Positions 51,237 through 64,000 of a DNA stretch of 64,000 nt are shown here, piece after piece (within the stretch, counting starts at the first letter, position 1; every line of letters starts with the position of its first letter). The position numbers and the translations under genes are program-made. Origin of the DNA: TPA_inf: Saccharomyces (Eukaryota). Where the stretch lies: positions 1,280,001 to 1,344,000 of the forward strand of contig BK006938.2 of assembly GCA_000146045.2 (NCBI GenBank), in the 5' to 3' direction. The notes under the pieces were generated by a model. That model made no database searches. It was not told the origin of the DNA and was given only the letters and a program-made list of their open reading frames with translations.

Positions 51237-52841
51237 ATGTCCAATGCAAATCTAAGAAAATGGGTTGGTTTTTGCTTTGTTGCCATTTATCTCTTTTTAG
51301 GTGTTCCACTGTGGTACAAGCTAACTACAGTTTATAGAGCATCACTACCAATAAATTACATTGAGTCACTTCAAAATAACAAATTCCAAGATATTCATCT
51401 CGTAATACCGGTGTATGTTAAGTCAGATACTTACAGATTTCCTGACGTTCATGACGCTATCCAAGTACAAGTTAACCATTTATTGAATTCTCAGGAGCAA
51501 CGGGTCCCTTGGTCTTTACAAGTTCTTCCATATAATGAGACTATTGAGCAGATGGAAAGTGAAGGCAACCAGTTTCATGTCGTTACTTTGAAGTTAGACG
51601 AATTTATTGGTTACTCATCAGCTTACGACACCAAAGAAACACTAGTATATTACGACGATGCTGCCGTTTTAAGTAATGATCTACCGTTTTTTGTTGCTCA
51701 AACATTGGTAGAGCACACTTTCCAATTGGAATGGACGCATTTGAATAAAACGTGTGAAGGCGTTTCTACAAACAACGATGTCGCAATATCTTATGATCCA
51801 AACATTCATTTAAGTGTAACTTTATTGTCAGGTGATGGGAATCCTGTTGCATGGGAAATTGAGCCTACATTAACTGACTACTTTTCACCTTTTAGGAAGT
51901 TCTTATCACCACTGGTAAATTTTACAGTAGATTCATCCATTGTTTATCATAATGATTTGAATTTGCATTCATTAAATGGATCATGTACAAGCGTTACGTG
52001 GTTTGATCTCTCTCATACTATTGATCTTTCTGAACTTTCTTCAATGGCCTATTACCCAGAAGATTCTGCACTGAATTTAGCCATAGTCTTTCCTAGTGCT
52101 TCTTCAAGTCCCGATGGTCTGGCGTTCATTAATGGCACTCGGATTTCAGACGAAATAACCACATTAGATTGGAATAGTTATCTAGTTCCTCAATGGGGGG
52201 TTATAATAATAAATAAAATGCCGTTGAAGCCAAATTCAGTCATTAGCGAAGATTATTTAGAACCTATGATGTACCGTTTTGCGACAGATATTTTTCAACT
52301 ATTGGGATTAACGGAGGGCTCGCAAGATTTGTTATCACCTTATATTACCATAGATTCATTCAAAAGGTTGACAATTTTACAGAATCTAGATAAAGCTACG
52401 GAAACATTATGGTCGTTAGTGAAATTAACTCAACAATTTCAGGGCATGTCTATCCCACGCGAAGTATCGGATAATGTTATCGAAGCTTTAGACTTAAGGC
52501 TACAGATTATTGATTTATTAAATGATCCTGGAAAGGGTGGAGATATCGTCTGGAACAATGCCCTGCATCTAAGTAATGAATTGGTTAAACTATGCGAAAA
52601 GGCATTTTTCAATGGAGAAATGGTTCAACAAAATTTCTTCCCACAAGAGCACATGATAGCTGTGTATTTACCTTTATTAGGCCCAATATCGGCAGTCATG
52701 TTCTTTGGTTTCTACAACGTGATGAAGGAAAAGAATCAAAAGAGTAAAAAGAATGGAACCGAGAGAGAAGTTGCTAAAGAAAAATTAGAGTTGAAAGAGG
52801 CTCAAAAATTACATGCTATTGATGGTGAAGATGAATTATGA
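51237..52841 (+). CDS. GPI17: GPI transamidase subunit (PIG-S homologue), 534 aa, TM segments at both termini
   Basis: An N-terminal TM WVGFCFVAIYLFLGVPLWY and a C-terminal TM YLPLLGPISAVMFFGFYNVM flank a large lumenal domain with several N-glycosylation sequons. Size and position match YDR434W. Confidence 0.8.
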   Translation: MSNANLRKWVGFCFVAIYLFLGVPLWYKLTTVYRASLPINYIESLQNNKFQDIHLVIPVYVKSDTYRFPDVHDAIQVQVNHLLNSQEQRVPWSLQVLPYNETIEQMESEGNQFHVVTLKLDEFIGYSSAYDTKETLVYYDDAAVLSNDLPFFVAQTLVEHTFQLEWTHLNKTCEGVSTNNDVAISYDPNIHLSVTLLSGDGNPVAWEIEPTLTDYFSPFRKFLSPLVNFTVDSSIVYHNDLNLHSLNGSCTSVTWFDLSHTIDLSELSSMAYYPEDSALNLAIVFPSASSSPDGLAFINGTRISDEITTLDWNSYLVPQWGVIIINKMPLKPNSVISEDYLEPMMYRFATDIFQLLGLTEGSQDLLSPYITIDSFKRLTILQNLDKATETLWSLVKLTQQFQGMSIPREVSDNVIEALDLRLQIIDLLNDPGKGGDIVWNNALHLSNELVKLCEKAFFNGEMVQQNFFPQEHMIAVYLPLLGPISAVMFFGFYNVMKEKNQKSKKNGTEREVAKEKLELKEAQKLHAIDGEDEL

Positions 52842-52982
52842 GTTGATAACTAAACTACAATTACCAATATTTTGAATGCATGTAGTGTAAGTACAGGTAT
52901 ATCTATATATTATGTATATGTAAGAGTACCATATAAACGGTAAGCATATTAAGATCAAATTAGTTGAGGCTGTAAATAAAAA

Positions 52983-54065
<1,083 letters not shown>

Positions 54066-54820
54066 TCAGCCTTTGAACCCAGGCGCAAGGCGCAATTGCC
54101 CAGAACTCAATCCCCTTGCTTGACCATCTGATGAACAGATAAGTACCTCTTATCTGTGCGTTCTGCTCAGAAGTTTCGCTGCAGTTTTCATTGATTGATA
54201 ACATAGTGTGCTGCTGACGGAATCGCCTTAAAATGCCTGTACGAAGTAAAATATGGCAGCCGCTGCACTAAACCTTGTAGTGCTCGCTCTTACTTTATTG
54301 CGATTCCCACAATCCAAAATTTGCAGTCGCCGCTACGATGGTGTCTGACAACTTCTTCCACATACCAATGTACGTCTTGCCTTCACACCTTACTGCTTCT
54401 TATGGCATCCCATATTGGATCCCCCACGTCGCCGCGACAGGCCTTGGACGCCAGCCGTTGCGTTGCACTTGCCAAAGTAACTCACTTGCCAGGGTCTCAG
54501 CGATGCACAGAAGAAGGCGGTCCCTTCTTGGAAGAGAGAAATTGTTTACATAACTATATAGTATCTCACAGATACAAGCATACGGTAGCCATAATATACT
54601 TCGCAAACCGTACCTTTTTGCGTAAGAAATACACATATAGTAGGTTTTGTCGCCTCCTCTTCCCCCTTTGTCTCAGCATAGCATTAACATAGGTGCCTCA
54701 GAGTGACAAAGAGAGAAATAGTTAACTAGAATACGGTGCAAATTCAGAGAAAAAATATCAGATTCTATTCTATTTACCCCCCCTATAACTGCAGAATCGT
54801 ACATTTGATCAGCAAGTACC

Positions 54821-56953
54821 ATGGGTAATTCCGGTTCGAAACAACATACCAAGCACAATAGCAAGAAGGATGACCACGACGGTGACAGGAAAAAGACACT
54901 AGATCTCCCACCACTGACAAAATCGGATACTACACATTCGCTGAAATCGTCAAGGTCGCTGAGGTCGCTGCGGTCGAAACGCTCAGAGGCGTCGTTGGCA
55001 TCTAATGTTCAAGCTCAAACGCAACCCCTCTCCCGCAGATCGTCCACTCTGGGAAACGGCAATCGCAACCATAGGCGATCAAACAACGCCCCAATCACTC
55101 CTCCTAATAACCACTACCTAACCTCACATCCCAGTTCGTCAAGAAGACTCTCTTCCTCTTCGAGAAGGTCGAGCATGGGGAATAATAACAATTCAGAATT
55201 GCCCCCGTCAATGATCCAGATGGAGCCCAAATCACCCATCTTGAAAAATAGTACAAGCATGCATTCCACTAGCTCTTTCAACTCTTACGAAAATGCGTTG
55301 ACTGATGATGACGACGATAGGGGGGATGATGGCGGCGAGAGCCCCTCAATGGCCAAAGTTACTCGCATCAACACTAGTTCTTCCGCAGATAGAGGCTCCA
55401 AGCGTACTCCTTTAAGACGTCATAATTCATTACAACCGGAAAAAGGTGTAACAGGATTTTCCTCGACTTCATCGAAATTACGCAGAAGATCAGACAATAC
55501 TCTGCCAGCAAGTTATCCTTTAAATGCAGAAGCAGGAGGGAATGGCAGCGACTATTTCTCAAACAGATCAAACTCGCATGCATCATCCAGGAAGTCGTCA
55601 TTTGGCTCCACTGGGAATACAGCTTATAGCACACCACTGCATTCACCTGCGTTAAGAAAAATGAGCTCGAGGGACAACGACGATAGCGGAGACAACGTCA
55701 ACGGTAGAGGCACCTCACCTATCCCTAATCTAAACATAGACAAGCCTTCGCCGTCAGCGTCGTCAGCGTCAAAAAGAGAATATTTAAGTGCATATCCAAC
55801 ACTAGCTCACAGAGATTCATCATCTTCACTTAGTCCGCGGGGCAAAGGACAACGGTCTTCATCGTCTTCCAGTTCCAGTCAAAGAATATATGTTTCCCCA
55901 CCATCTCCCACAGGTGATTTCGTACACGGGAGTTGTGCAGACGGTGATAATGGATCTAGGACTAATACTATGGTCGAAATGAAAAGGAAAAAACCAGTTC
56001 GTCCAGTGGACATAGATGAAATTATCCAGAGATTACTAGATGCCGGCTATGCCGCAAAGAGGACCAAGAATGTTTGCTTAAAGAATTCCGAGATTATTCA
56101 AATTTGCCATAAGGCTCGTGAATTATTCCTTGCCCAACCTGCTCTCTTAGAATTATCTCCCTCGGTAAAAATAGTGGGTGATGTTCACGGCCAATATGCA
56201 GATCTTTTGAGACTTTTTACCAAATGCGGTTTCCCCCCCATGGCAAATTACTTATTTTTAGGCGATTACGTAGATCGCGGTAAGCAGTCCCTGGAGACCA
56301 TTTTACTATTACTATGCTATAAGATTAAATATCCTGAAAATTTCTTCCTCTTAAGAGGCAATCATGAATGTGCCAATGTTACAAGAGTCTACGGGTTTTA
56401 TGATGAATGTAAACGACGTTGTAATATCAAGATTTGGAAAACCTTTGTTGACACGTTCAACACGCTACCGTTAGCAGCCATCGTCACAGGAAAAATATTT
56501 TGTGTTCATGGTGGACTATCACCTGTTCTAAATTCCATGGACGAAATTAGGCACGTTAGTAGGCCCACCGATGTACCCGACTTCGGCTTAATTAATGACC
56601 TTTTATGGTCGGATCCTACAGATTCATCGAATGAATGGGAGGATAATGAGCGTGGAGTTAGTTTTTGTTACAATAAAGTGGCTATTAATAAATTTTTAAA
56701 CAAATTCGGATTCGATTTAGTGTGTAGAGCACATATGGTGGTGGAAGATGGTTATGAATTCTTTAATGACAGAAGCTTAGTTACAGTGTTTTCGGCTCCC
56801 AACTATTGTGGTGAATTCGATAACTGGGGTGCTGTCATGACCGTTAGTGAAGGCCTACTCTGTTCTTTTGAGTTGTTGGACCCACTGGACAGTACCGCTT
56901 TGAAACAAGTGATGAAAAAAGGCAGGCAAGAACGTAAATTAGCCAATCGCTGA
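54821..56953 (+). CDS. PPZ2: PP1-related Ser/Thr phosphatase of the PPZ family (710 aa) with a myristoylated Ser/Arg-rich N-terminal half
   Basis: The ORF starts MGNSGSKQ, a myristoylation consensus, followed by about 370 residues of Ser-rich disorder. The catalytic PPP domain carries GDVHGQ, GDYVDRG, GNHE and HGG motifs. Confidence 0.92.
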   Translation: MGNSGSKQHTKHNSKKDDHDGDRKKTLDLPPLTKSDTTHSLKSSRSLRSLRSKRSEASLASNVQAQTQPLSRRSSTLGNGNRNHRRSNNAPITPPNNHYLTSHPSSSRRLSSSSRRSSMGNNNNSELPPSMIQMEPKSPILKNSTSMHSTSSFNSYENALTDDDDDRGDDGGESPSMAKVTRINTSSSADRGSKRTPLRRHNSLQPEKGVTGFSSTSSKLRRRSDNTLPASYPLNAEAGGNGSDYFSNRSNSHASSRKSSFGSTGNTAYSTPLHSPALRKMSSRDNDDSGDNVNGRGTSPIPNLNIDKPSPSASSASKREYLSAYPTLAHRDSSSSLSPRGKGQRSSSSSSSSQRIYVSPPSPTGDFVHGSCADGDNGSRTNTMVEMKRKKPVRPVDIDEIIQRLLDAGYAAKRTKNVCLKNSEIIQICHKARELFLAQPALLELSPSVKIVGDVHGQYADLLRLFTKCGFPPMANYLFLGDYVDRGKQSLETILLLLCYKIKYPENFFLLRGNHECANVTRVYGFYDECKRRCNIKIWKTFVDTFNTLPLAAIVTGKIFCVHGGLSPVLNSMDEIRHVSRPTDVPDFGLINDLLWSDPTDSSNEWEDNERGVSFCYNKVAINKFLNKFGFDLVCRAHMVVEDGYEFFNDRSLVTVFSAPNYCGEFDNWGAVMTVSEGLLCSFELLDPLDSTALKQVMKKGRQERKLANR

Positions 56954-57351
56954 AAAACTAGATATTAATGTTGCAGTTAATAAGCTCATTGAAAACTTTC
57001 TTTGGTTGTTCCTCTTCCTTCTTTTTTTCGCCGATAAAGTTGTCGTTATAGTTTCACTTATATCTTACGAGAATCTAAATAAGTAAATATTAATATTATT
57101 CAATTTCTCATTTCCTTTCCTCTGGGTTTTTTGAGAGTACGAGTTTTATTGCTCGCTTTTTGTATTTTCACTTTGCCGGCTTTTTCACTATTCCCTATTG
57201 TCTTAATAAAGTTCCTGCTTGGGCCCAGTAAACTTTTAAAATTTATGTGCTGAAAGAAAGTTGAAACAATCACAAGAGGAGAGCAGATTTGCCAAAAAAA
57301 GAATCTGAGCTGTTTGTTCCTGTCTAATACTAAAAGATATAAATAAACAAT

Positions 57352-57774
57352 ATGTATACAAAAGAGTACTACTGGTTTTCACAATATATGATAATAACAA
57401 GCACTTTGGTGCTCACCATAATATGGTCCATCTTACCATCATCGCTGGGTGAGGCTGCACCAAAGCAGTTTATCAACACGCTATTGGACATCTTCCCACA
57501 AAGAAGATGGATTATTACCTTGGAGAGCATAATGCTGATGGGCATGCTATGCACATACATCGGCCTTCTGATGTACAATGAAGATACATTAACACCGCCG
57601 CTAGATTCTCTATCTACAGTAACGGATGCCGGTGGTCAACTTGTAATAGAGGACGACCCGGACGTATTCGTTAAGAAATGGGCCTTTAAAGAAACAAGTG
57701 GTATTTACGATCTGTCTCTGATGGATGCCTGCCAACTTCTCTACCTATATGATAACGACCATACCAGCACATAG
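57352..57774 (+). CDS. GPI19: GPI-GlcNAc transferase small subunit (PIG-P homologue), 140 aa, two TM segments
   Basis: The 140-codon ORF MYTKEYYWFSQYMIITSTLVLTIIWSILPS... contains two hydrophobic segments. Size and position match YDR437W. Confidence 0.8.
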   Translation: MYTKEYYWFSQYMIITSTLVLTIIWSILPSSLGEAAPKQFINTLLDIFPQRRWIITLESIMLMGMLCTYIGLLMYNEDTLTPPLDSLSTVTDAGGQLVIEDDPDVFVKKWAFKETSGIYDLSLMDACQLLYLYDNDHTST

Positions 57775-58273
57775 CTTTTCTCAGCACCTGTCCAGAGACA
57801 TAACATCACAATCACATCGCCCCAGTAAATGCATACGCAAGATAAGATACAAACTGGCTACGGGAACACTACGCCAACGTGATTGGCAATTGTGCTCTAA
57901 TAGTTACTCTATTATTGCTGTTAATTGACAATGTTTAGTCACGTGCAACACAATTCAAGTCACGTGGAAAGGCCTTCACATGGTGATCCATCTTCTACAT
58001 CTTCATCGGTCCTGCATAAAGTCATAATATGGGGCTACTGGAATGTATGCACTTAACAGTACTATTATATGGTGAGGCTGTAATGCTTACCGTTTTGTGG
58101 CTATTCTCGTATTCTGTAGGCCCCCCCATACACATTTTTCGGTAACTGCGGCATATAGATGAAAGTTGAAATGAATATTCAAAAGAATATATATAATAAT
58201 GCAGGAGATCAAGGAAGAATTAGATATGTATAAGAGTGATGGTAGAGGCAAAAAATAAAAAGTAAGCAGGAGA

Positions 58274-59386
58274 ATGAATCGTGTTGGTATAGACGTAGAT
58301 CATATGATAGGGGTCCTGCTTCTGGCCGTAGTGGTGGTGTTTTGGGTTGGCGCTTCGTGTTTGACTAATGAATTGCTCGAGACAAACGCGTACAATAAAC
58401 CTTTCTTCCTTACTTATCTAAACATATCATCGTTTGCTCTTTATTTGACGCCAGATCTATGGAGGATAATCCAATCAAGAAGGAAGAGCTTGCAGGAACG
58501 GACAGAACGAACATTACCTATTCACACACAAGAATCTTTTTCAGAGTTCCTACCTTTACTATCTTCAACTCCTTCTACTTCTTCAAATTTGTCTTCGATA
58601 GCGGACACGAAAGTGAAGGATACAATGAGGTTGAGTCTGCTATTTTGCGTCTTGTGGTTCGTGGCAAATTTGGCGGCTAACGCTGCTTTGTCGTATACCA
58701 CAGTGGCTTCGTCAACAATTCTTTCATCGACATCCTCATTTTTTACCTTATTTCTTGCCACTAGTCTAGGAATAGAAACTTTTTCGACAAAAAAACTGCT
58801 GGGGTTATTTGTGTCTTTGTTTGGAATTATCTTAATTGTGATGCAATCCTCGAAGCAACAGGATTCTGTGAGTGCTTCCTCCTTTTTGGTAGGTAACACT
58901 TTAGCACTGCTGGGGTCATTGGGTTACAGTGTCTATACAACCCTTTTGAAATACGAAATATCATCCAAAGGTCTCAGACTAGACATTCAGATGTTTCTTG
59001 GTTATGTTGGTATCTTCACGTTTCTGTTGTTTTGGCCAATTTTAATAATCCTGGATATAACACATATGGAAACTTTTGAACTACCAAGTAACTTCCACAT
59101 TTCTTTTCTTGTCATGTTAAATTGTATCATTATCTTTGTTAGTGACTATTTTTGGTGTAAAGCCCTCATTTTGACATCACCCTTGGTGGTTACCGTTGCC
59201 TTAACTTTTACTATCCCGTTAGCCATGTTCGCTGATTTTGTATGGCGAGAGGCATTTTTTACGCCTTGGTATATCATTGGTGTTATTTTCATTTTTGTTT
59301 CATTCTTTCTAGTTAACCATCGGGGAGAATCTGCTGTTGAAAAGGACTGTGCTGCGGTTGAAAAAGGACCTATCTTGGATGCCTAA
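58274..59386 (+). CDS. THI74: multi-TM EamA/DMT-type mitochondrial transporter (370 aa)
   Basis: About 10 predicted TM helices are present (for example VLLLAVVVVFWVGASCLTNELL and GLFVSLFGIILIVM). Size and position match YDR438W. Confidence 0.8.
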   Translation: MNRVGIDVDHMIGVLLLAVVVVFWVGASCLTNELLETNAYNKPFFLTYLNISSFALYLTPDLWRIIQSRRKSLQERTERTLPIHTQESFSEFLPLLSSTPSTSSNLSSIADTKVKDTMRLSLLFCVLWFVANLAANAALSYTTVASSTILSSTSSFFTLFLATSLGIETFSTKKLLGLFVSLFGIILIVMQSSKQQDSVSASSFLVGNTLALLGSLGYSVYTTLLKYEISSKGLRLDIQMFLGYVGIFTFLLFWPILIILDITHMETFELPSNFHISFLVMLNCIIIFVSDYFWCKALILTSPLVVTVALTFTIPLAMFADFVWREAFFTPWYIIGVIFIFVSFFLVNHRGESAVEKDCAAVEKGPILDA

Positions 59387-59675
59387 CGTGATTATTTCTT
59401 CTTTTTATGCAATTTTTCACATAATATAATTATATGTCTCCCATTTTTATATATTCAAAAGTTAATGTCTATAAATGCCCTATCTGACTTATTGTCTTAT
59501 TTTTTTGCATGGTATGTATATCTTAGAAGCTTTTGAAAGGAAAAGTAAAACAAATAAAAACGGTTCAAGAAAATGATGTGAACCTGATAGAATAAAGTTG
59601 AGGGAGAAAACATATAATTTACTGTGTAACAAGAAGGTTATTAAACATTTCTATTAGGTGCTTCTTCTTTGCCGC

Positions 59676-60719
59676 ATGACAACTTTATTACAGCTCTTGT
59701 CAAATTATTATAAGGCTAAATTAGATTCAGAACGAATATACAATGAATATGTTCAGTCGCAGTATGAGTTTGCATCTTTAGACAAGTTGAACAACAATAA
59801 AGGTGACCCAAAGAAAGTAGTTGATGAGACATTATTTTTGCAGAGGCAAATTGCCCAGCTGAATAAACAGTTACAACTTTCATTTCAAGAGAATGAAAAA
59901 CTATTAAGCGTACAGAAGAATCAAAAAGCTCTTTATCAAAGTAAGTTATCCAGCAAGGATGCATTCATTGATGATTTGAAACTCAAACTGAAAGTCGAGC
60001 AGATATCTGTAGACAAACATAATAAGGAACGGACACCTTCAACAGGCCGTGATGAACAACAGCGTAATTCAAAAGCGGCACATACATCAAAGCCCACAAT
60101 TCATCTTCTTTCGCCAATTGTAAATCGTGATAAGCCTAATAATCAAACGAACGACAGGGGTGGCAACGATCCTGACTCGCCTACATCACAAAGAAGATCA
60201 AGAGGACTGAGATCTTTATTGAGTTCAGGTAAAAATACAATATTTGATTCAATATCCAAAAATCTCGACGATGAGATAAATGAAAATGCGCATATCAGAA
60301 ATGATACCACATCTTCCAAGATAGCTGGCAAATCGCCATCAAGATTATCTGCGCTGCAAAAATCTCCAGAACTGCGTAAAGAAAGGAACAATATGATATT
60401 AAAGGAACACATACTGCGTTCAAAAGATGACCAAAATATCACGTCATCTAGAAAACTGGATAATATCGAGCTATCTAGTATTGGTGACTCTACTGCAATG
60501 ACATCAAGGAGTTCTACCGTTAATGCAAATGACATCTTGGGAAATGAAGAGAACGACGGGATTACAAAGCTGAAAAGAGTTAACAAGTTAACCAGCTCTC
60601 CAGTTAAAAGGGATTGCAGTACAAACAAGAAAAGAAAACTCACAAAGCAGCGAATTGCCACGTTACCCAACTCAGATGAAGAATTGAGTAATAATTTAAA
60701 TGTTGACGAGTTTGTATGA
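59676..60719 (+). CDS. LRS4: monopolin/cohibin subunit, nucleolar rDNA silencing (347 aa)
   Basis: The track start at 59658 is a GTG. The ATG at 59676 gives MTTLLQLLSNYYKAKLDSERIYNEYVQSQYEF. An N-terminal coiled coil is followed by a Ser-rich tail. Confidence 0.8.
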   Translation: MTTLLQLLSNYYKAKLDSERIYNEYVQSQYEFASLDKLNNNKGDPKKVVDETLFLQRQIAQLNKQLQLSFQENEKLLSVQKNQKALYQSKLSSKDAFIDDLKLKLKVEQISVDKHNKERTPSTGRDEQQRNSKAAHTSKPTIHLLSPIVNRDKPNNQTNDRGGNDPDSPTSQRRSRGLRSLLSSGKNTIFDSISKNLDDEINENAHIRNDTTSSKIAGKSPSRLSALQKSPELRKERNNMILKEHILRSKDDQNITSSRKLDNIELSSIGDSTAMTSRSSTVNANDILGNEENDGITKLKRVNKLTSSPVKRDCSTNKKRKLTKQRIATLPNSDEELSNNLNVDEFV

Positions 60720-61044
60720 GTAACAGCTATCTACGTCCCTGCCCTTCCCTCTCTCTTTTACATACCAACAGTTTAGCATTTTTTTTTATATAAATTACCA
60801 TAAATACTGCCTCAGGCCGCTCAGCTTATATTTTCAAGTCTCTCCATTTGGCTGTTTGAGGTACCCAATTGTTGTATTCTTGATACGGCTGTTTCAACTA
60901 TTCACATAATAAGTGTAGTCTAGTCTCTTCGATGAGCCTTTTATGCACCAAGGGAAATTAAATGAATTTCTACCAAACCTTATTCATTTTGAATTATGTA
61001 GCTCTGACATTTTGTTGTTTTCCTTGCGTGCCCAATGTTGCCAG

Positions 61045-61080
61045 CGTAAAAGTTATCGTAAACGTTATCGTAAACGTTAT
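61045..61080. repeat. three tandem copies of a 12-bp unit cgtaaaMgttat
   Basis: The sequence cgtaaaagttat cgtaaacgttat cgtaaacgttat is followed by a degenerate copy. It lies in the LRS4-DOT1 intergenic region and creates the spurious KRYRKRYRKRY ORF 60943..61146. Confidence 0.8.
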
Positions 61081-61641
61081 CCCCGTTTTGTAAACTTTAT
61101 TGTCTTCGTAAAAAATAGAAACCAACACTTAAAATTGGTCCCATAAAAAATTGAGTCAGTTCCTTCATCGTGGTACAGTCAGAGTATTCTAAATTAATTA
61201 ATTTACTGATAATTTAATAACATGAAGAAGAAAGATTGGATATTGAAGTTATCCACCAGGCACATATAACGCTCTAAATAATATTTGGATGTTGCACTAA
61301 AGTCCACGATGAAGAATAAAAAGCATCACTTGATCGTTCAATGAGCCAATCTTGGAAATTTTGACACCTCTATTAACCAGAACATCCAGCTTGTTGAGAA
61401 CTGTTGGGATAATTCAGAAATGTAACTTTGAAACTCAAATAACTCAAGGAACGGGAGTCTTTCAAGATTTTGGAATAATTTGACCACTTTGTTTTTAAAC
61501 AATTCGAGTGAAGGCCATGCGCTTCTTGTAAGCTTTGTTAATGAATCTATCTTTTAGTTAAAAACATTTCTTTCTTTATCCAATTGAATTATGCCATTCG
61601 ATATTAAATACGACAACAGGAACACTGAAGAACGGGATACT

Positions 61642-61652
61642 CCCCCCCCCCC
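61642..61652. repeat. C11/G11 homopolymer
   Basis: The sequence tcccccccccccttg forms an 11-nt homopolymer, which is rare in AT-rich yeast DNA. It lies in the LRS4-DOT1 intergenic region. Confidence 0.85.
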
Positions 61653-62459
61653 TTGTGAATGTGCTACAATAAACAGAATATCGCCACCCGGTCACTTCTT
61701 CTCTCCAATTCTTACTAAATTAGCGATAAATTCTACCCTTTCCATAACTGGCCGTTCTTCTGCAAGAGAATTTTTCCTACTTGAATAGGCATACTTGAAT
61801 CTGAAAAGTAGTCATAGATAGTGAAGTCTGCTTTATTAATAAAATTCCAGGATGTACTCTTGGAGATCGAATCAAGTTCCTAGAAATCCTTTGAGAAAGA
61901 AGCGGTGAATACCCGTAGGTAGGATTTTTTCACGTAATTAAACCGCCTTATCTTATTTGTTGCCAGAAAACTAGAGGATGGAATAAACATATTCCCTAAT
62001 GGTGTGGCATTTACCTGTCTGTCTAGTTTCTGTTAGTGCATTCCAATGTCAGCTGCTTCGCTACATTGTTTCCAATGAAAGCTTGTATTTTCAGAGTCGA
62101 AAGCGTCGTCGCCTCTTTTTATGGATGAAAGAGCTCTGGCATGAATTTTCTCTGTAGTGAAAAAATGTTACGGCTAAAGACCGTAGAGTGACTTTCTTTG
62201 TTTTTCTGTTCTTGAATTTAGACACTTACTTCACAATAGTATAACAAGCCAGAAACTAAGTAATGATTTACGTGCCATTTTTTTTAGCAATATATGCATA
62301 ATCCTGCTGACGCCTTCGCACGCGTCAATGAAAAGGGACATTGAAAAATCGACCGGTAAGTGCTTTCAATGAGATAAACATAATTCGAATATAGGGCATC
62401 TCGTCGTCTTAATTGCCTTGAAAAATAACTGAGGTCCTCATCAAGGAGGTCACCAGTAA

Positions 62460-64000
<1,541 letters not shown>

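Overview
This window is eukaryotic, not prokaryotic. It is budding-yeast nuclear DNA, and the gene order matches Saccharomyces cerevisiae chromosome IV right arm from YDR406W (PDR15, cut by the left edge) to YDR440W (DOT1, cut by the right edge). I recognise most genes from their protein sequences, diagnostic motifs and synteny. The window holds about 33 protein-coding genes on both strands. These are PDR15, TRS120, ADE8, SIZ1, STE14, DFM1, RRP17, ERD1, YDR415C, SYF1, RPL12B, RAD30, HKR1, ARO80, SIP1, CAD1/YAP2, DYN2, SNX41, RPN9, BNA7, TIF35, CYM1, NPL3, GPI17, PPM1, PPZ2, GPI19, THI74, LRS4 and DOT1. There is one tRNA-Ser(AGA). The ORF track misses one spliced gene, DYN2, which has three exons and two introns carrying canonical GTATGT, TACTAAC and AG signals. 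The track treats GTG and TTG as start codons, so many of its ORFs carry spurious N-terminal extensions. I trimmed those to the first ATG that reproduces the known protein length. Several long overlapping or antisense ORFs in the track are frame artefacts of coding repeats. They arise from the HKR1 42-bp minisatellite, the SIZ1 poly-Asn tract and the NPL3 RGG repeats. Others correspond to the dubious overlapping ORFs YDR413C, YDR417C, YDR426C, YDR431W and YDR433W. I found no CRISPR array, no operons, no rRNA and no recognisable Ty or LTR element. Nothing supports a previously undescribed multi-gene system. The items most worth a second look are regulatory or structural. They are the two CAD1/YAP2 leader uORFs, whose leader abuts or overlaps the DYN2 3' end, the DYN2 introns, an in-frame upstream ATG on SIP1, the length-unstable HKR1 minisatellite, RRPE/PAC elements on RRP17, a TGACTC pair on ADE8, a Rap1-like site plus an atypical GC-rich block upstream of RPL12B, and two unusually long or GC-rich intergenic intervals. 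All coordinates carry about ±1 nt uncertainty where they are not anchored to the ORF track.
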